From Okeania sp. SIO1H4 (GTDB lineage Bacteria > Cyanobacteriota > Cyanobacteriia > Cyanobacteriales > Microcoleaceae), in contig NZ_JAAHGB010000033.1 in NCBI RefSeq assembly GCF_010672695.1, positions 7,965-71,964 of the forward strand: a DNA stretch of 64,000 nt. Reading direction: 5' to 3'. Below the pieces are notes generated by a model. It saw only the letters and a program-made list of their open reading frames with translations. It had not been told where the DNA came from and did no database searches. Shown in pieces: positions 18,605-31,191 of this stretch; position 1 is the stretch's first letter, and every line of letters starts with the position of its first letter. A program made the translations under genes and the position numbers.

Positions 18605-19940
18605 TTTACTAACTCCGTTTCAGAAACTTTGTTTATATCGACAAATCAAATGTGGTTGATTGACTTAACCACATAATATATTGGGGTTGTTAATATTCTT
18701 ACTTCCTATAAACTAATGTAACAGCATAATTGTCACATCAAAGTAGATATAACCGAAATTATTACTTCAGGTATTTCCAATGTCCATTATTTAAAAGCTA
18801 GCTTAAAATGTGCGTAGAAATTATGGCAGCTAGAATATTAACCATTGGTTGGGACAAAATTTGCATATCATTTTAATAGGCTCTATAAGTATATATTATG
18901 TAATAATACATTTTGAAGCTTTAAATGTCAATATAACTCAAGTCCGACAGCATCGGTATGATCGAGTGCAAGCAATAACAAATTCAAAAAAGGTAGTGAC
19001 ATCTTAATTGGTAATTGATTCCGACAATAAAAAATCATCAATTCCATAAATTATAAAAATTCAACACTTTTTCCTCTTTTTAATCCTGTTTTTCTTTCCC
19101 TGTTCCCTGTTCCCTATGTTGTGACTGTAGCAATATTTTATGAACTATAAGGAAGAAAGAAAAAGTAGAGATTTACCAAGTTTTTATACAAACTATACCA
19201 ATGGACATGATATGATTGATAAATTGATTTAGAATCTGAGAAAGCTAAAGCAGAGAAAAAGTATTTTATTTCCTCTGCTTCTTGTTCTATTTCTTTACAG
19301 GGTTATTGACATCCTCACTCGTTAAGTCGCTCGATTATAACGAGGAATTCCCAAACCTCATGATTTAGGTTTACTGCTTGAGTGGCACTTATCTAGATTG
19401 TTTCCAACCCCCGACAGTGCGCCTACACAGTCAATTTGTTGAACCACTATCTGTAAAGGCGGCAGTAACACCTCAATGACAAATCACTTTTGCAACTGAC
19501 ACATGACGCATTATTTCGTGATTATAACATAATTCGGTAGTGGTGTACAAGTAGCAATCTTCTTAAAAAAATTAAGTGGGCAAGCAAATACTATTCCGAT
19601 AAAACGATTGAATTAGATATATTTTCTCTTGCCTTTTGCCAGATGAGTGGTGTTAAGTTAGACTCTTGCAAATCAAGGTCAGTATCTGTTTTTATTTTGG
19701 TCACGATTCACCTTCCGGTAAATCTAAGATTATACCGAGAGTCCTCTCGCTCCATTTTAGATAGGTTTTGATAAACTCCCGACGCTACACTTGAGCAACA
19801 ACGCGGGATTAACCCGCAGAAGAGTTGCAGCTTGTATAGAGGTAATGTCTTCCCCCTATGCCCATTAGTATTCCATATTATGGCTCTCCCATAGGGCTCT
19901 GAATCAAATATTATAGGGTGGGGACTTTCCGCCAGAAAAG

Positions 19941-20960
19941 TTAACTAGCTAAATAATCATTCATATCTTGTTTTCTTTTACGAAGTTTACTTAGAGCTTC
20001 TCTTTCTATTTGTCGTACTCTTTCACGACTAATATTTAGGCGATCGCCAATTTTTGAGAGAGTCATACTTTGTCCATCCTCTAAGCCAAATCTTAATGCC
20101 AAAACTTGCTTTTGTTGGGGAGTCAGGTCAGTCATAATTGATTCTAAATCACTACGCATGGAAGATTGGAGAGCATAATCTTCTGGAGAAGCTCCTGTAT
20201 CTTCTAGTAGGTCTCCTAACTCCGTATCTTGATTGTCCCCTACCCGTAAATCTAGTGATAGAGGTAAGCGAGCGCGTTCCAAACATTCACGAATTTGTTT
20301 TGGAGTGAAACCTAGTTCTTCTGCTATTTCATGGGTAGTGGCAGAGCGTCCTAACTCTTGAGTTAGTTGGCGTTGGGCTTTTTTGATCTTATTCAGCTTT
20401 TCTGTAATGTGGATCGGCAAACGAATTGTACGACCTTTTTCTGCTATGGCCCTAGTTATGGCTTGGCGAATCCACCAATAAGCATAAGTGGAAAATCTAT
20501 AACCCTTGGTAGGATCAAACTTTTCTACCCCTCTCTGCATACCGATAGTGCCTTCCTGAATTAAGTCAAGCAAATCTACATTTCGTTTGATATACTTTTT
20601 AGCAACAGATACTACCAATCGTAGATTGGCCTCCACCATTTTTCGTTTGGCTCTTTCACCTTCGCGAACAATTCGCTGCAATTCATGACTAGATAAGTTT
20701 GTGGCCTCAGCCCATTCTGCTATTGTCGGTTCGCGGCCTAAACTTTCGGTGAGGGTCTTATTTACTTCATGCAAAGCTGTGAAGCGTTGTACTTGTTTTC
20801 CATAAAGAATTTCTTCTTCATGGGTTAATAGGGGGACACGGCCAATTTCTCTGAGGTAAGTGCGTACAGAATCGGTGTCTGAGATTTTTGTCTTCATAAC
20901 TCTTCTCCCGCTAGATATCTCTACTGGTAGGGTTTCGAGCGCCCTGTTTTGAGTTAGCAA
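19941..20960 (-). CDS. Group-2 sigma-70 factor (SigB/C/D/E-like)
   Basis: Regions 1.2 to 4.2 are all present ([44 protein letters not shown]). The likely true start is the internal MKTKISD at 20897. Confidence 0.85.
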   Translation of the reverse strand: MLTQNRALETLPVEISSGRRVMKTKISDTDSVRTYLREIGRVPLLTHEEEILYGKQVQRFTALHEVNKTLTESLGREPTIAEWAEATNLSSHELQRIVREGERAKRKMVEANLRLVVSVAKKYIKRNVDLLDLIQEGTIGMQRGVEKFDPTKGYRFSTYAYWWIRQAITRAIAEKGRTIRLPIHITEKLNKIKKAQRQLTQELGRSATTHEIAEELGFTPKQIRECLERARLPLSLDLRVGDNQDTELGDLLEDTGASPEDYALQSSMRSDLESIMTDLTPQQKQVLALRFGLEDGQSMTLSKIGDRLNISRERVRQIEREALSKLRKRKQDMNDYLAS

Positions 20961-21661
20961 GAAAAGCGGGCGGGTATTGCGCTTTCCTTGGATTTTTTTT
21001 AAGAAGTTTGTTCTATGGCCATTTGATATAATTAATTTGGCCTACAGAAATTCTAAATTATAAATTTGATATTTCTGAGATTTTAGATCTGGTCAAAAAA
21101 CCAAATTATCTTTTATCTTTTGAATCTATTTGTAAGAATTTGTGGACAATAAAAGAAGTTTTACTATTTTTTGAGAATTTAGATTAGATTTTGACTAAGA
21201 TTCAAGTGCTTTAGTACAGAATCCAGATTGGATTGGCCTAAAGTACAGCTTTTTCGTTTCTTATCTATTCAGATAATTATGATGGCCTTTACACTACTCA
21301 ATACTATGTTAAGAATGTTAACATTTATTACGTCTTATGGCTATACCTATAAGGATGATTTTTCAGATGAATGAGTTTAATTACCTAAATTAGTTAAATT
21401 ATCTATAAGAGGGTACTCATAAATTCTTAAAAAAATTGCATCCTGCACAACAAAATCACAAAAATTTTGCAAAAATACTTAAACAAGGTCAAAAAAAGAG
21501 TATATGAAGTATATTTACTTGACTTTTGACTTTCAATTTTAAACTTTTGACTATCTTGAGTATGTCTTTAATTCTGTTTGCATAACATTTCGCAGCGAAA
21601 TGTTTGCTCAGAATTACTTAGTCATTTTTGGCTTCCGCGAAGCGGTTGAGTTACTTAATAT

Positions 21662-22384
21662 ATGACTTATTGCCTTGGTATTATTACTGAATCTGGTATT
21701 TAAATGGCCTCTGACTCTCGTACTAATGCGGGAGTAGACTATATTTCCACTTACCTGAAGCTATTTGATTTTTCTCTGACTGGAGAGCGGGTTATCCTCA
21801 TCAGCACTTCTGGAAATTTGTCAATTACTCAAGGAGTAATCACTGAACTAAAAAAAGACTTCAAGATTTCTGAGGATACTAATCTTCATACTATTCCTAC
21901 CCTTTACGAAATTGCTCGCTATATTGGGAGTAAAATTCGACAGATTCAAGAAAAAGACCGCTCTTGGCTACAAAAGGATCGAATTGACACTGGATGCAGT
22001 ATATTACTAGGGGGTCAAATTAAAGGACAAGATCCTGAATTATTTTTGATTTATTCTCAAGGGAATTGTATTTCTGCTACAAAAGAAACACCTTTTCTAC
22101 AAATAGGTGAGACTAAGTATGGCAAACCAATTTTAGACCGTGCTTTAAGTTTTTATACTTCTTTAGAAGCTGCTGCTAAATGTGCTTTAGTTTCTCTAGA
22201 TTCTACAATGAAATCTAATCTTTCTGTGGGACCTCCGATTAATTTGGTGATGTATGAAAAGGATAGTTTTCAAATTCGGCATCGCCTGCAAATGCGTCTG
22301 GGCGATCCTTATTTAGCTAAAGTGCGAAAGTTATGGGAGGAGTTTATCAAACAAGTTCTTGATGAAATGCCAGATTTAAACTGA
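21662..22384 (+). pseudogene. Anbu-type proteasome-like Ntn-hydrolase gene with premature in-frame TAA (21701-21703); the downstream reinitiated ORF (21704..22384) lacks the N-terminal nucleophile segment
   Basis: In-frame translation reads MTYCLGIITESGI*MASDSRTNAGVDYISTY.... From memory, Anbu proteins begin MTYC...GLVF-SDSRTNAG with the catalytic Thr at position 2. Confidence 0.5.
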
Positions 22385-23111
22385 TTACATGATTCTCAAG
22401 AATCTCAGGAAGATATTTTGATTGATTGAACAACACAAGAGAGTGGAGGAGTGGGGGAGTGGGGGCGAACGGCCGTTTGCCCGTAGGAGTACAGGAGTCA
22501 GGGAGTGGGGGAGTGGGGGAGAAATAAACATTAGAATTACCACTTACACAGTACAACGTATTTCCGGAATGCTCCGCAAACGAGAACATCTCAAAAAAAA
22601 TCTGCTGAAAGCTGTTTGCGCAGCATTCCGCAGGAAAAGCTGAACGCTGAGGTGCTTCTTTAATAATTTAAATGCTACCTAAGTTAAGCATTAATTCATG
22701 GTAATTGGTATAAATTAATCGAATTAAGCGATCGCGCAAGTAGAACAGAATTCTATCCCTCTAATATAGTTTCACCCCCATCGCGGAGTGTCTTTTTGGA
22801 CGATAAATCTTGATCGTTGGTAAAAAAATTTAGATGCGTTGTAATACTACAAGAACTTGGTTAGGACATTTTTCAATCCTAAAATCCTTTTACAGTTTGT
22901 GATTCCCTATTCCCTGATCCCTACTCCCTAGCGCGTAGGGCTATAATTTTTCAGTTTTCCCCATTTGTGGTTGTCAATAGTATAGTTAGAAAGAATTGGT
23001 TAGGACATAGACTAATGACGAATCTTAGACTAGAAAATTTTTTTCCAACTGTCCCCTGTTCCCTGTTCCCTGCTATACAATGTAACGGTTGTTTTAATTT
23101 TATTATAGAGT

Positions 23112-24407
23112 GTGATTGAACGTTACACCTTGCCCGAAATGGGTGAACTTTGGACTGAGAATGCCAAGCTAAAAACTTGGTTACAAGTAGAAATAGCTGT
23201 CTGTGAAGCTCAGGCAGAACTTGGGTACATACCTGCTGAGGCAGTAGAAGAAATCAAGGCCAAGGCTAATTTTGACCCAAAGCGGGTTCTCGAAATTGAG
23301 GCAGAAGTCCGCCATGATGTGATTGCTTTCTTGACAAATGTGAATGAGTATGTTGGTGATGTTGGGCGGTATATTCACTTAGGGTTGACAAGTTCTGACG
23401 TTTTGGATACTGCATTAGCATTACAGATGGTTGCGAGTCTGGATCTGTTGTTGTCATGTGTTGAAGAGTTGGGACAAGCAATTCGCTATCAGGCACAACA
23501 GCATCGGGAAACTGTGATGGTAGGTCGTTCCCATGGTATTCATGCGGAACCTATAACTTTTGGTTTTAAGTTGGCAGGATGGTTGGCAGAAGTTTGTCGC
23601 AACCGCCAGAGATTGGTAAAAATGCGTGATAATATTGCTGTGGGTAAGATTTCTGGAGCAGTGGGAACCTATGCAAATATTGACCCACGAGTTGAGGCGA
23701 TCGCCTGCCAAAAACTGGGACTTCAACCGGATACTGCATCTACTCAAGTAATTTCACGCGATCGCCATGCTGAGTATGTGCAAACTTTAGCGTTGCTGAC
23801 TGCTTCTATAGAACGTTTTGCTGTAGAAGTTCGTAACCTTCAACGTACCGATGTTTTAGAGGTTGAGGAATATTTTTCTAAGCGTCAAAAAGGCTCGAGC
23901 GCCATGCCCCACAAACGCAACCCCATTCGTTCGGAAAGGTTAACGGGAATGGCGAGAATTGTGCGGGGTCATGCCGTTGCCGCTTTGGAAAATGTTGCTC
24001 TCTGGCACGAACGAGATATTTCCCATAGTTCTGTTGAAAGAGTGATTTTGCCGGATGCTTGCATTTTAACTCATTTTATGCTCAAAGAAACTACTAATTT
24101 AGTCAAAAATTTGTTAGTTTACCCAGAAAACATGAAGCGAAATATGAATGTTTATGGAGGGGTAATTTTTAGTCAGCGAGTGCTTTTGGCATTAGTAGAA
24201 AAAGGCATGATTCGAGAGGATGCTTATCAAATTGTTCAGTCTTGCGCCCATCAAGCTTGGAATCAACCAAATGGTAATTTTCAGGATTTAATTTGCAAAA
24301 ATGAAGAAATTAAAAGTAAGTTATCTGAGGCAGAAATTGCAGCTTGTTTTGACCCGAAACATCATTTAAAACATTTGGATGATGTGTATCAAAGATTAGG
24401 TATTTGA
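23112..24407 (+). CDS. purB: Adenylosuccinate lyase
   Basis: Starts (M/V)IERYTLPEM... Fumarate-lyase signature GSSAMPHKRNP. 431 aa. Confidence 0.92.
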   Translation: MIERYTLPEMGELWTENAKLKTWLQVEIAVCEAQAELGYIPAEAVEEIKAKANFDPKRVLEIEAEVRHDVIAFLTNVNEYVGDVGRYIHLGLTSSDVLDTALALQMVASLDLLLSCVEELGQAIRYQAQQHRETVMVGRSHGIHAEPITFGFKLAGWLAEVCRNRQRLVKMRDNIAVGKISGAVGTYANIDPRVEAIACQKLGLQPDTASTQVISRDRHAEYVQTLALLTASIERFAVEVRNLQRTDVLEVEEYFSKRQKGSSAMPHKRNPIRSERLTGMARIVRGHAVAALENVALWHERDISHSSVERVILPDACILTHFMLKETTNLVKNLLVYPENMKRNMNVYGGVIFSQRVLLALVEKGMIREDAYQIVQSCAHQAWNQPNGNFQDLICKNEEIKSKLSEAEIAACFDPKHHLKHLDDVYQRLGI

Positions 24408-24939
24408 AGTTTTATTTTGAGTATGTAGAGATTTTTTCCCTTGATAGTGACTTTCAAATGTTGAGCGATCAAGATAAGATACACCAAGAAAATACTTGGC
24501 TGTTTTTACAAGTTAGGTTGAATTATTGAAGCTATAACTTACTTATTTATTCATACCAAATTTAACGCTATAATTTGGTGAAATTGTTTTTGGTTCTGAA
24601 TTAATCAGTAATTCCAATTAAGAATTTCGGTAGCTCCTAAACTGAAGTTTCTATAAGAAAAAATCTCAATTTGTAGTTCCGCTAACTGCACCCAATTAAA
24701 GTAAGACCGGGTTGAGCGGAACTATGAGTTTGGTGATAATTAGTAAAAATTCATCACGCGCTAATCACGAAACTAATGCTCCAACAGCAACTGGTGGTGC
24801 TACTACTGCAACTATTGGAGCGATCGCTAATGCTTTACCAAGCTTACCTATTAGTAGACTAATAAGCTTAAAAATGTAGGTTGGGTTGAGCGGTAGCAAA
24901 ACCCAACAAAAAGTTACTGGTTTTGAGTTTGTCTGAATC

Positions 24940-25467
24940 ATGAGATTATTTTAGATATTCGCTATGCCACTACAAATAATTTCCTCAACCAAAAATTATA
25001 CCCTGTAGCAAAATGTGCTTGAAGAAAAGAAGTAGCAGAAAAATTATCACAAGTCCAGGCAGATTTAAAAATAATAGGATTAGGTTTAAAAGTTTATGAT
25101 TGCTATCGACCTCTATCAGTGACAAAAAAGATGTGGGAAGTTTTGCCAGATTCTTGTTATTTTGCTAATCCTGAGAAAGGTTCTCGACATAATCGTGGTG
25201 CTGCAGTTGTCGTCTGCTTCTACTTGTTCCTCAATGATGCAAGTTGACCAGTTTCATAACGTGATGGCAGGTACGAGTATGGCAACGCCGTTTATTACTG
25301 GGTTGGTAGCGTTACTGTTGGAAAAGGAGCCGCAGTTAACCCCTGAAGAAATTAAGCAACGTTTGCATTCAAGTAGTTTTATTCCTGGAAAACCTGTTGG
25401 CAGTTTCGACCCAAAATGGGGTTTTGGTTTGATCGATGCTGAAAAATTATTGACGTTGGTGAATTAG
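24940..25467 (+). pseudogene. Two abutting gene fragments: a VanX-like D-Ala-D-Ala dipeptidase fragment (frameshifted) and the C-terminal ~70 aa of a subtilisin-like S8 peptidase
   Basis: DIRYATTNNFLNQKLYP and LGLKVYDCYRP...GSRHNRGAAV match VanX/M15 motifs (SxHxxGxAxD with D->V). HNVMAGTSMATPFITGLVALLL is the S8 catalytic Ser region. Neither fragment has a proper N-terminus. Confidence 0.5.
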
Positions 25468-26378
25468 TGTATGATATTAATCTTAATTATTTTAGGAGTC
25501 AACTCACCCCTCGCCCCTCCCCCTCCCAGGAGGGAAATTCAGGAGTCAGGAGTCAGGAGGCATCGAAGGAAGAGAATTGAGAAAGATTTAGCAATGACTA
25601 AAGATATAGCAGTATGCGCTAGTATATTCACAAATTGCAGGAACTACCCAATAGATAAAAGTCTGATATAACTCCTAAGAAATAGCCTAGCTATTTGCTG
25701 ATAGTATTTCTCACAAACATCGATCGTGCTTGTTATTACTAATGATATTAAATCCGGTTGAATACTTATCATATATTTGGGAGTGGGGAGTAGGAGAGTA
25801 GGGGCGAATGGCATTAGCGAACGCTCTCAGTAGATTTAGTATCCGTGCAGAGGATCGGTTTTTCCCAGGCTGCTATTAAACAAATGGACATGATATAAGT
25901 CCTAAAATATGTTTAAGAACTTATTAAGAATCTATATCAATAAAATTAAGGTTATGTTAGGTGATTTTTTGAATAAATTATAAATAATATCACCCATAAA
26001 AAAAAGGATTGTGCATGATGAACATTTCTTGCTACTAGGACTACTAAACTAATTGTTTCTTATATATCTCCTAGATTTTCCTGCTATTTCTTACTTGCTC
26101 TCCAACCCCAACTCAATTGATGTAACAGATACCCCTTAATAAAACTTCATATTTTATTGTTGATAAAAAATATTAATTGTGTTCAAATAAAATTATTGAT
26201 AATAAAGCTCAATTATAGTAGTCCTATTTCCGCTATGTAGAAAATATCCAACAGAGCAAAGGTATAAGGAATAATCATCATCAAAATTTTTATTCTACTT
26301 TGGGATTTTTACAAATTATTTAGGACTGCTATAGAGCCTTCTTTAACTGATCTTCATCAGACTGAGGACCAAATCTCT

Positions 26379-27479
26379 ATGCAAACACTTGGCAATGAAG
26401 AAAGCAGCACCATGTCTACAACTAACGACAGTGGAGTTTTCTGGACACCTGTTTGGCGATCGCTAGGCTGGTATGTTGAGGCCACTGAAGAAGAAGGTGC
26501 AGCTTTATTAGGAGGTAATATCAGGTTCAAAGACCTCTCTGGGCAATTACTAGGTGCCCATGTAGCCCATGCTGGTTTAATCATGCTGTGGGCAGGTGCC
26601 ATGACACTGTTTGAGCTATCTCAGTTTGACCCCAGCGTACCAATGTACGAGCAAAAACTAATATTACTACCTCATCTAGCAACATTAGGTATTGGTATCG
26701 AAGCAGGGGTACAAACAATCGACACCTATCCCTACTATGTCATCGGTATGCTGCATCTCATCAGTTCTGCTGTTTTGGGAGCAGGAGGTATCTACCATGC
26801 AGTTTTAGGGCCGAAACAGCTTGATGAGAAAGGTTTTGGCTACGACTGGGAAGATGGCAACAAGATGACTACTATTTTGGGTATTCATCTAGTGCTGTTG
26901 GGGGTGGGAGCATCTCTATTGGTCATTAAAGCAACGGTTTTAGGTGGTATTTACGATCCACTAATAGAACAAGTAAGGTTAATACAGCCTAATCTCGATC
27001 CCGTAAGAATTTTCGGTTATCTGTTTGGCTTTAGTCCTAATGGTTGGACAATTACTGGCATGGCTAGCGTAGATAATCTCGAAGATGTGGTCGGTGGTCA
27101 TGTCTGGGTGAGCCTACTCTGCACTGTTGGTGGTCTATTTCACATTATTTCCAAACCTACGGGTTGGGCAAAACAAATACTAATTTGGTCCGGAGAGGCT
27201 TACTTGTCTTACAGTTTAGGGGCACTTGCGATCGCAGGATTTAGCGTAGCTGTCTTTATCTCCACCAACGAAACTGTTTATCCTAGCGTGTTTTATAGTC
27301 CTATTGGCAGCGACTCTGTGCGAACTGCTCTTGCTACCGTTCATGCTGGATTAGGTTTCCTAGCTTTGCTCGGACATTTATGGCACGCTTACCGAGCGCG
27401 AGCTGCTACTCGTAAAGTATTTTATGGAACGTTCTTTGACTTTATGGCTAAGAATGTTACACCTATTACACCTGCTTGA
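26379..27479 (+). CDS. isiA: Chlorophyll-binding protein of the IsiA/CP43' (Pcb) family, copy 1
   Basis: Six CP43-like helices with the conserved motif [17 protein letters not shown], but no large CP43 lumenal loop E. Confidence 0.85.
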   Translation: MQTLGNEESSTMSTTNDSGVFWTPVWRSLGWYVEATEEEGAALLGGNIRFKDLSGQLLGAHVAHAGLIMLWAGAMTLFELSQFDPSVPMYEQKLILLPHLATLGIGIEAGVQTIDTYPYYVIGMLHLISSAVLGAGGIYHAVLGPKQLDEKGFGYDWEDGNKMTTILGIHLVLLGVGASLLVIKATVLGGIYDPLIEQVRLIQPNLDPVRIFGYLFGFSPNGWTITGMASVDNLEDVVGGHVWVSLLCTVGGLFHIISKPTGWAKQILIWSGEAYLSYSLGALAIAGFSVAVFISTNETVYPSVFYSPIGSDSVRTALATVHAGLGFLALLGHLWHAYRARAATRKVFYGTFFDFMAKNVTPITPA

Positions 27480-27670
27480 ATAGAAGTCAAAATCTAAGTT
27501 CATTGAAGAAGGAGACAGGAGACAGGAGACAGGAGGAAAATTACATGGGGATAGTCTTCGACAAGCCACTCCGCGTCTACGCTCCCCCAAGTAATGCGTG
27601 AACATCGCAAGTGACGGTGGGGTATTAAAGCCATAAAGAAAATGATAATTATATAAGGAGAACAATAGTA

Positions 27671-28699
27671 ATGACTGTCGTAACAGATGAGAATCTGCAA
27701 ATCCCATGGCGGGCAGGTAATGCTCGGCTTGTTAACCTATCTGGCAAGCTATTGGGCGCTCATGTAGCCCATGCTGGCTTAATTGTACTCTGGGCTGGAG
27801 CTATTACTTTGTTTGAAGTTGCCAACTTTGATTCCTCCCTACCAATGTACGAACAGGGCTTAATTGTACTGCCTAATCTAGCCCGCTTGGGATTTGGAGT
27901 TGGTGAAGGAGGTGTCATTGATACCTACCCCTACTTTGTGATTGGGGTACTGCATTTGATTAGTTCGGCGTTTTTAGGAGCAGGTGGTATATTCCACGCT
28001 CTCAGAGGTCCATCTAAACTAGAAGACAAATTTTCTTTCTTTGGCTATAGCTGGGATAATCCAGGTAAAATGACAACTATCCTGGGTATCCATCTAGTCT
28101 TATTAGGAATCGGAGCATTTTTACTTGTAGCAAAAGCGATTGCATTTGGAGGGTTATACGATCCAGTAGTTCAAAATTTACGAGTAATATCAAATCCCAC
28201 TCTAAATCCTATTACCATTTTCGGCTACCTATTTGGTACAGAAGGACGTTTCTGGCTGGCTGGTGTTAACTCTTTAGAAGATGTAGTAGGCGGTCACATT
28301 TGGATTGGTGCTATCTGCATTTTGGGTGGTATCTGGCATATTCGCACCGTACCCTTTGACTGGGCTAAAGGCTTATTTGTCTGGTCAGGAGAAGCATATT
28401 TGTCTTACAGTATTGGCGCAGTCAGCTTAATGGCATTTGTCGCAACATTGTTTGTGTCCGTTAACTCCCTGGTATTTCCCACAGAATTTTTCGGACCAAC
28501 TTTGACTCTGGTGTTCGATCGCTTTCCTGTGTTTGTTAGTACTGATGGAGCCTTGACTGCAAGAGTATGGTTGGCAAATGCTCACTTCTGGTTAGGATTT
28601 TTCTTCCTGCAAGGACATATATTCCACGCCCTCCGGGCAGCAGGTTATAGCTTCACCGAAGGCAGAGTAGTCACATTTACAAGAGGTCAAGTAAGTTAG
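27671..28699 (+). CDS. IsiA/CP43'-family chlorophyll-binding protein, copy 2
   Basis: [17 protein letters not shown] and a CP43-like helix pattern. 342 aa. Confidence 0.85.
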   Translation: MTVVTDENLQIPWRAGNARLVNLSGKLLGAHVAHAGLIVLWAGAITLFEVANFDSSLPMYEQGLIVLPNLARLGFGVGEGGVIDTYPYFVIGVLHLISSAFLGAGGIFHALRGPSKLEDKFSFFGYSWDNPGKMTTILGIHLVLLGIGAFLLVAKAIAFGGLYDPVVQNLRVISNPTLNPITIFGYLFGTEGRFWLAGVNSLEDVVGGHIWIGAICILGGIWHIRTVPFDWAKGLFVWSGEAYLSYSIGAVSLMAFVATLFVSVNSLVFPTEFFGPTLTLVFDRFPVFVSTDGALTARVWLANAHFWLGFFFLQGHIFHALRAAGYSFTEGRVVTFTRGQVS

Positions 28700-28701
28700 T
28701 T

Positions 28702-30267
28702 ATGACTGTAACTAAATCAAATCCATTGAGGTTTTTAGGCTTTTCAACAGATAATAATGTTGATGTTGCGAACTATGTTAGTGATTCCCAAGAACCTTAT
28801 TCTTGGTGGGCAGGTAATTTTCGCTTTGTTAACTTGTCTGGAAAATTATTGGGAGCGCACATTGCTCATGCAGGGTTGATCGTACTCTGGACTGGAGCAA
28901 TGACTCTGTTTGAGCTATCAAAATTCGATCCTAGTCTACCCATGTACGACCAAGGACTGATTTTGCTGCCCCACATGGCGACTCTGGGTATAGGGGTTGG
29001 CGCAAATGGTGAAATTATTGATACTTATCCCTACTTTGCTATTGGTGTTATCCATCTCGTTAGTTCAGCAATTCTAGGCGCTGGTGGCATTTTCCATGCC
29101 GTGCTTGGACCTGACAAACTTGATGAAAAGGGATTTGGCTATCAGTGGAATGATGGCAAGAAAATGACTACTATCCTTGGTATTCATCTACTGCTACTGG
29201 GGATGGGAGCATTTTTGCTAGTAGCCAAAGCTATGTATTTTGATGGTTTGTATGACCCGGCGATCGCCAATGTGCGACTGATTACTGAACCCACTCTCAA
29301 CCCACAGACTATCTTCGGTTACCTCGTCGGTATCACCCCTGATGGCTGGACGTTGAAGGGTATGGCTGCTGTCAACTCTTTAGAAGATGTAATAGGCGGT
29401 CACATTTGGATTGGTAGTATCTGTATTCTGGGTGGTCTCTGGCATATTAATACTGCTCCTACAAAATGGGCTAAGGGTCTTTTTGTCTGGTCTGGAGAAG
29501 CATATCTTGCTTATAGTCAGGCTGCTCTAGCTTACATGGGCTTTTTCGCTGCCTACTTTGTCTGGGTGAATGATACAGTCTATCCTTCAGTATTTTATGG
29601 TCCTGTAGGTATGACTAATGTTGATGGTACAATTACTCCTCGTACCTGGTTGATGTTGTTCCAACTCATCTTTGCCTGTCTGCTACTGGCAGGTCACTTT
29701 TGGCATGGTCTCAGAGCTAGAGCGATCGCCAGTGGATTTGTCTTCAGTAATATGAAGTTCAATCCCGGTGCCCTCTATGGAGACACTCAGTTTAATAACG
29801 AATCTCTAGTGACTGGTATTGTACAGCCTTTCCAGAACAATCCTCAATTGGGTAATTTGGCAACCCCAATTAATTCCAGTCAGCTTACCATCACTTGGGT
29901 TAAGAACTTGCCAATTTACCGCAATGGTTTATCTCCTATTGCACGGGGTCTAGAAATTGGCATGGCTCATGGCTACCTATTATTAGGGCCTTTTCTCAAG
30001 CTCGGACCATTGCGTAACACCGACCAAGCTCTTCTGGCTGGAGGTGGTAGTGCATCTGGCTTAGTAGTGATTTTAAGTATCTGTCTGTTTGTTTATGGGG
30101 CGGTAGTGTTTCAAGGTTCTAGAGAACCAAGAGGCGTTTTACCGGAGAACCTACAAACTTATCAGGAATGGAGTTTGTTTACCTCTGGTTTTCTCATTGG
30201 AGGACTAGGCGGTGTAGTTTTTGCCTGCTTTATCCTTATAGAAATCGGGCGAGCGGGAATTTTGTAA
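28702..30267 (+). CDS. IsiA/CP43'-PsaL fusion protein (chlorophyll-binding domain + C-terminal PsaL-like domain)
   Basis: N-terminal 340 aa are CP43'-like. The C-terminal segment [38 protein letters not shown] plus two TM helices matches PSI subunit PsaL. Confidence 0.85.
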   Translation: MTVTKSNPLRFLGFSTDNNVDVANYVSDSQEPYSWWAGNFRFVNLSGKLLGAHIAHAGLIVLWTGAMTLFELSKFDPSLPMYDQGLILLPHMATLGIGVGANGEIIDTYPYFAIGVIHLVSSAILGAGGIFHAVLGPDKLDEKGFGYQWNDGKKMTTILGIHLLLLGMGAFLLVAKAMYFDGLYDPAIANVRLITEPTLNPQTIFGYLVGITPDGWTLKGMAAVNSLEDVIGGHIWIGSICILGGLWHINTAPTKWAKGLFVWSGEAYLAYSQAALAYMGFFAAYFVWVNDTVYPSVFYGPVGMTNVDGTITPRTWLMLFQLIFACLLLAGHFWHGLRARAIASGFVFSNMKFNPGALYGDTQFNNESLVTGIVQPFQNNPQLGNLATPINSSQLTITWVKNLPIYRNGLSPIARGLEIGMAHGYLLLGPFLKLGPLRNTDQALLAGGGSASGLVVILSICLFVYGAVVFQGSREPRGVLPENLQTYQEWSLFTSGFLIGGLGGVVFACFILIEIGRAGIL

Positions 30268-30474
30268 CTTTGTTTGCTTGAGCAGGGGAAGAAGGGCAGA
30301 AGTTAATATTCCTAATTTTTATCAGGAAAGGCAGAAGGCAGGAGGCAGTAGGCAGAAGGGAATTCTGACTCGCCTGTTACCTTTAGGGGAACAAGGGTAT
30401 AAAAACCCCATCCAATTGTTCCTTCTGCCCTCTGCTCTCAGCATAGCTGCCTTAGTTCATCGGATATTTACTAT

Positions 30475-30620
30475 GTTTCCTGCTCTATAAAACTGACACA
30501 AAGCTTCACATAACGTGACAAATTGATGTTTACTTCCTGCTTCTTGTGAGGCCGTCGGCGGTTACTCATCCACAGGCATTGACGGTCAAGCCAACCGCAT
30601 CTGTTGAGTCTATACCTACA
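30475..30620. repeat. ~145-nt element (CTGCTCTATAAAACTGACACAAAGC...GAGGCCGTCGGCGGTTACTCATCCACAGGCATTGACGGTCAAGCCAACCGCAT) with a second copy at 58712-58850
   Basis: By eye the two copies are about 85-90% identical in the same orientation. One follows isiA-psaL; the other lies in the helicase upstream region. Confidence 0.7.
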
Positions 30621-31191
30621 TTTAAGTCTTTGTCAATCAACATCAGAAAAAATCCTCAAACCCTGACTGCGCCCTTCCTAGTAGGGAGCGGGATTTCTTC
30701 TGAGGTCTATGTCTATATAGATAGACCAAAGAAATGTTTAAGTCGCGATTAGTGCAGAAGATACAAAGCGTCACCATCGTTACTACTTGCCTGTGAGAAC
30801 TAGCGTATTATTTCGCGCTCCGTATCGCAAATTGTTAACTAAGTCGAAACTCTCCTGCTTCAGCTAATAGCTCAAATATGTTTTGACAACTCTATTACCT
30901 AGAAGTTGTTTGTAAATAATTATTTTGTAAATAATTATAAAGTTTTTTTACTCCTCACCAATTATAAATCTCCGATAATTAATCTTAAACCCTTGTACCA
31001 CCTGGGCAAAAACTTCGCTTCTGGAGATATATATTGAGTATTTCAGAGTACAAAGTTTGGAATAAATAACTAAATTAAAGGTGTTCCTTTCCTTTACAAA
31101 AATTTACAAACATTCTCTTAGGAATTTTTAGGTAATTCACTCTATGGTATAGTCTAGTCTTATAATTTTTAGTTTTTACAGGATTTTATCA

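Noticed and set aside
24723-24878. 51-aa ORF MSLVIISKNSSRANHETNAPTATGGATTATIGAIANALPSLPISRLISLKM flanked by GGGTTGAGCGG direct repeats
   Set aside because: No SD, no recognisable family, low complexity. I kept it only as a note.
26262-26290. Fur box upstream of the first isiA gene
   Set aside because: Only a weak AT-rich hexamer pattern (GAATAATCATCATCAAAAT) is present. There is no convincing 19-bp palindrome by eye, so I did not list it as a feature.
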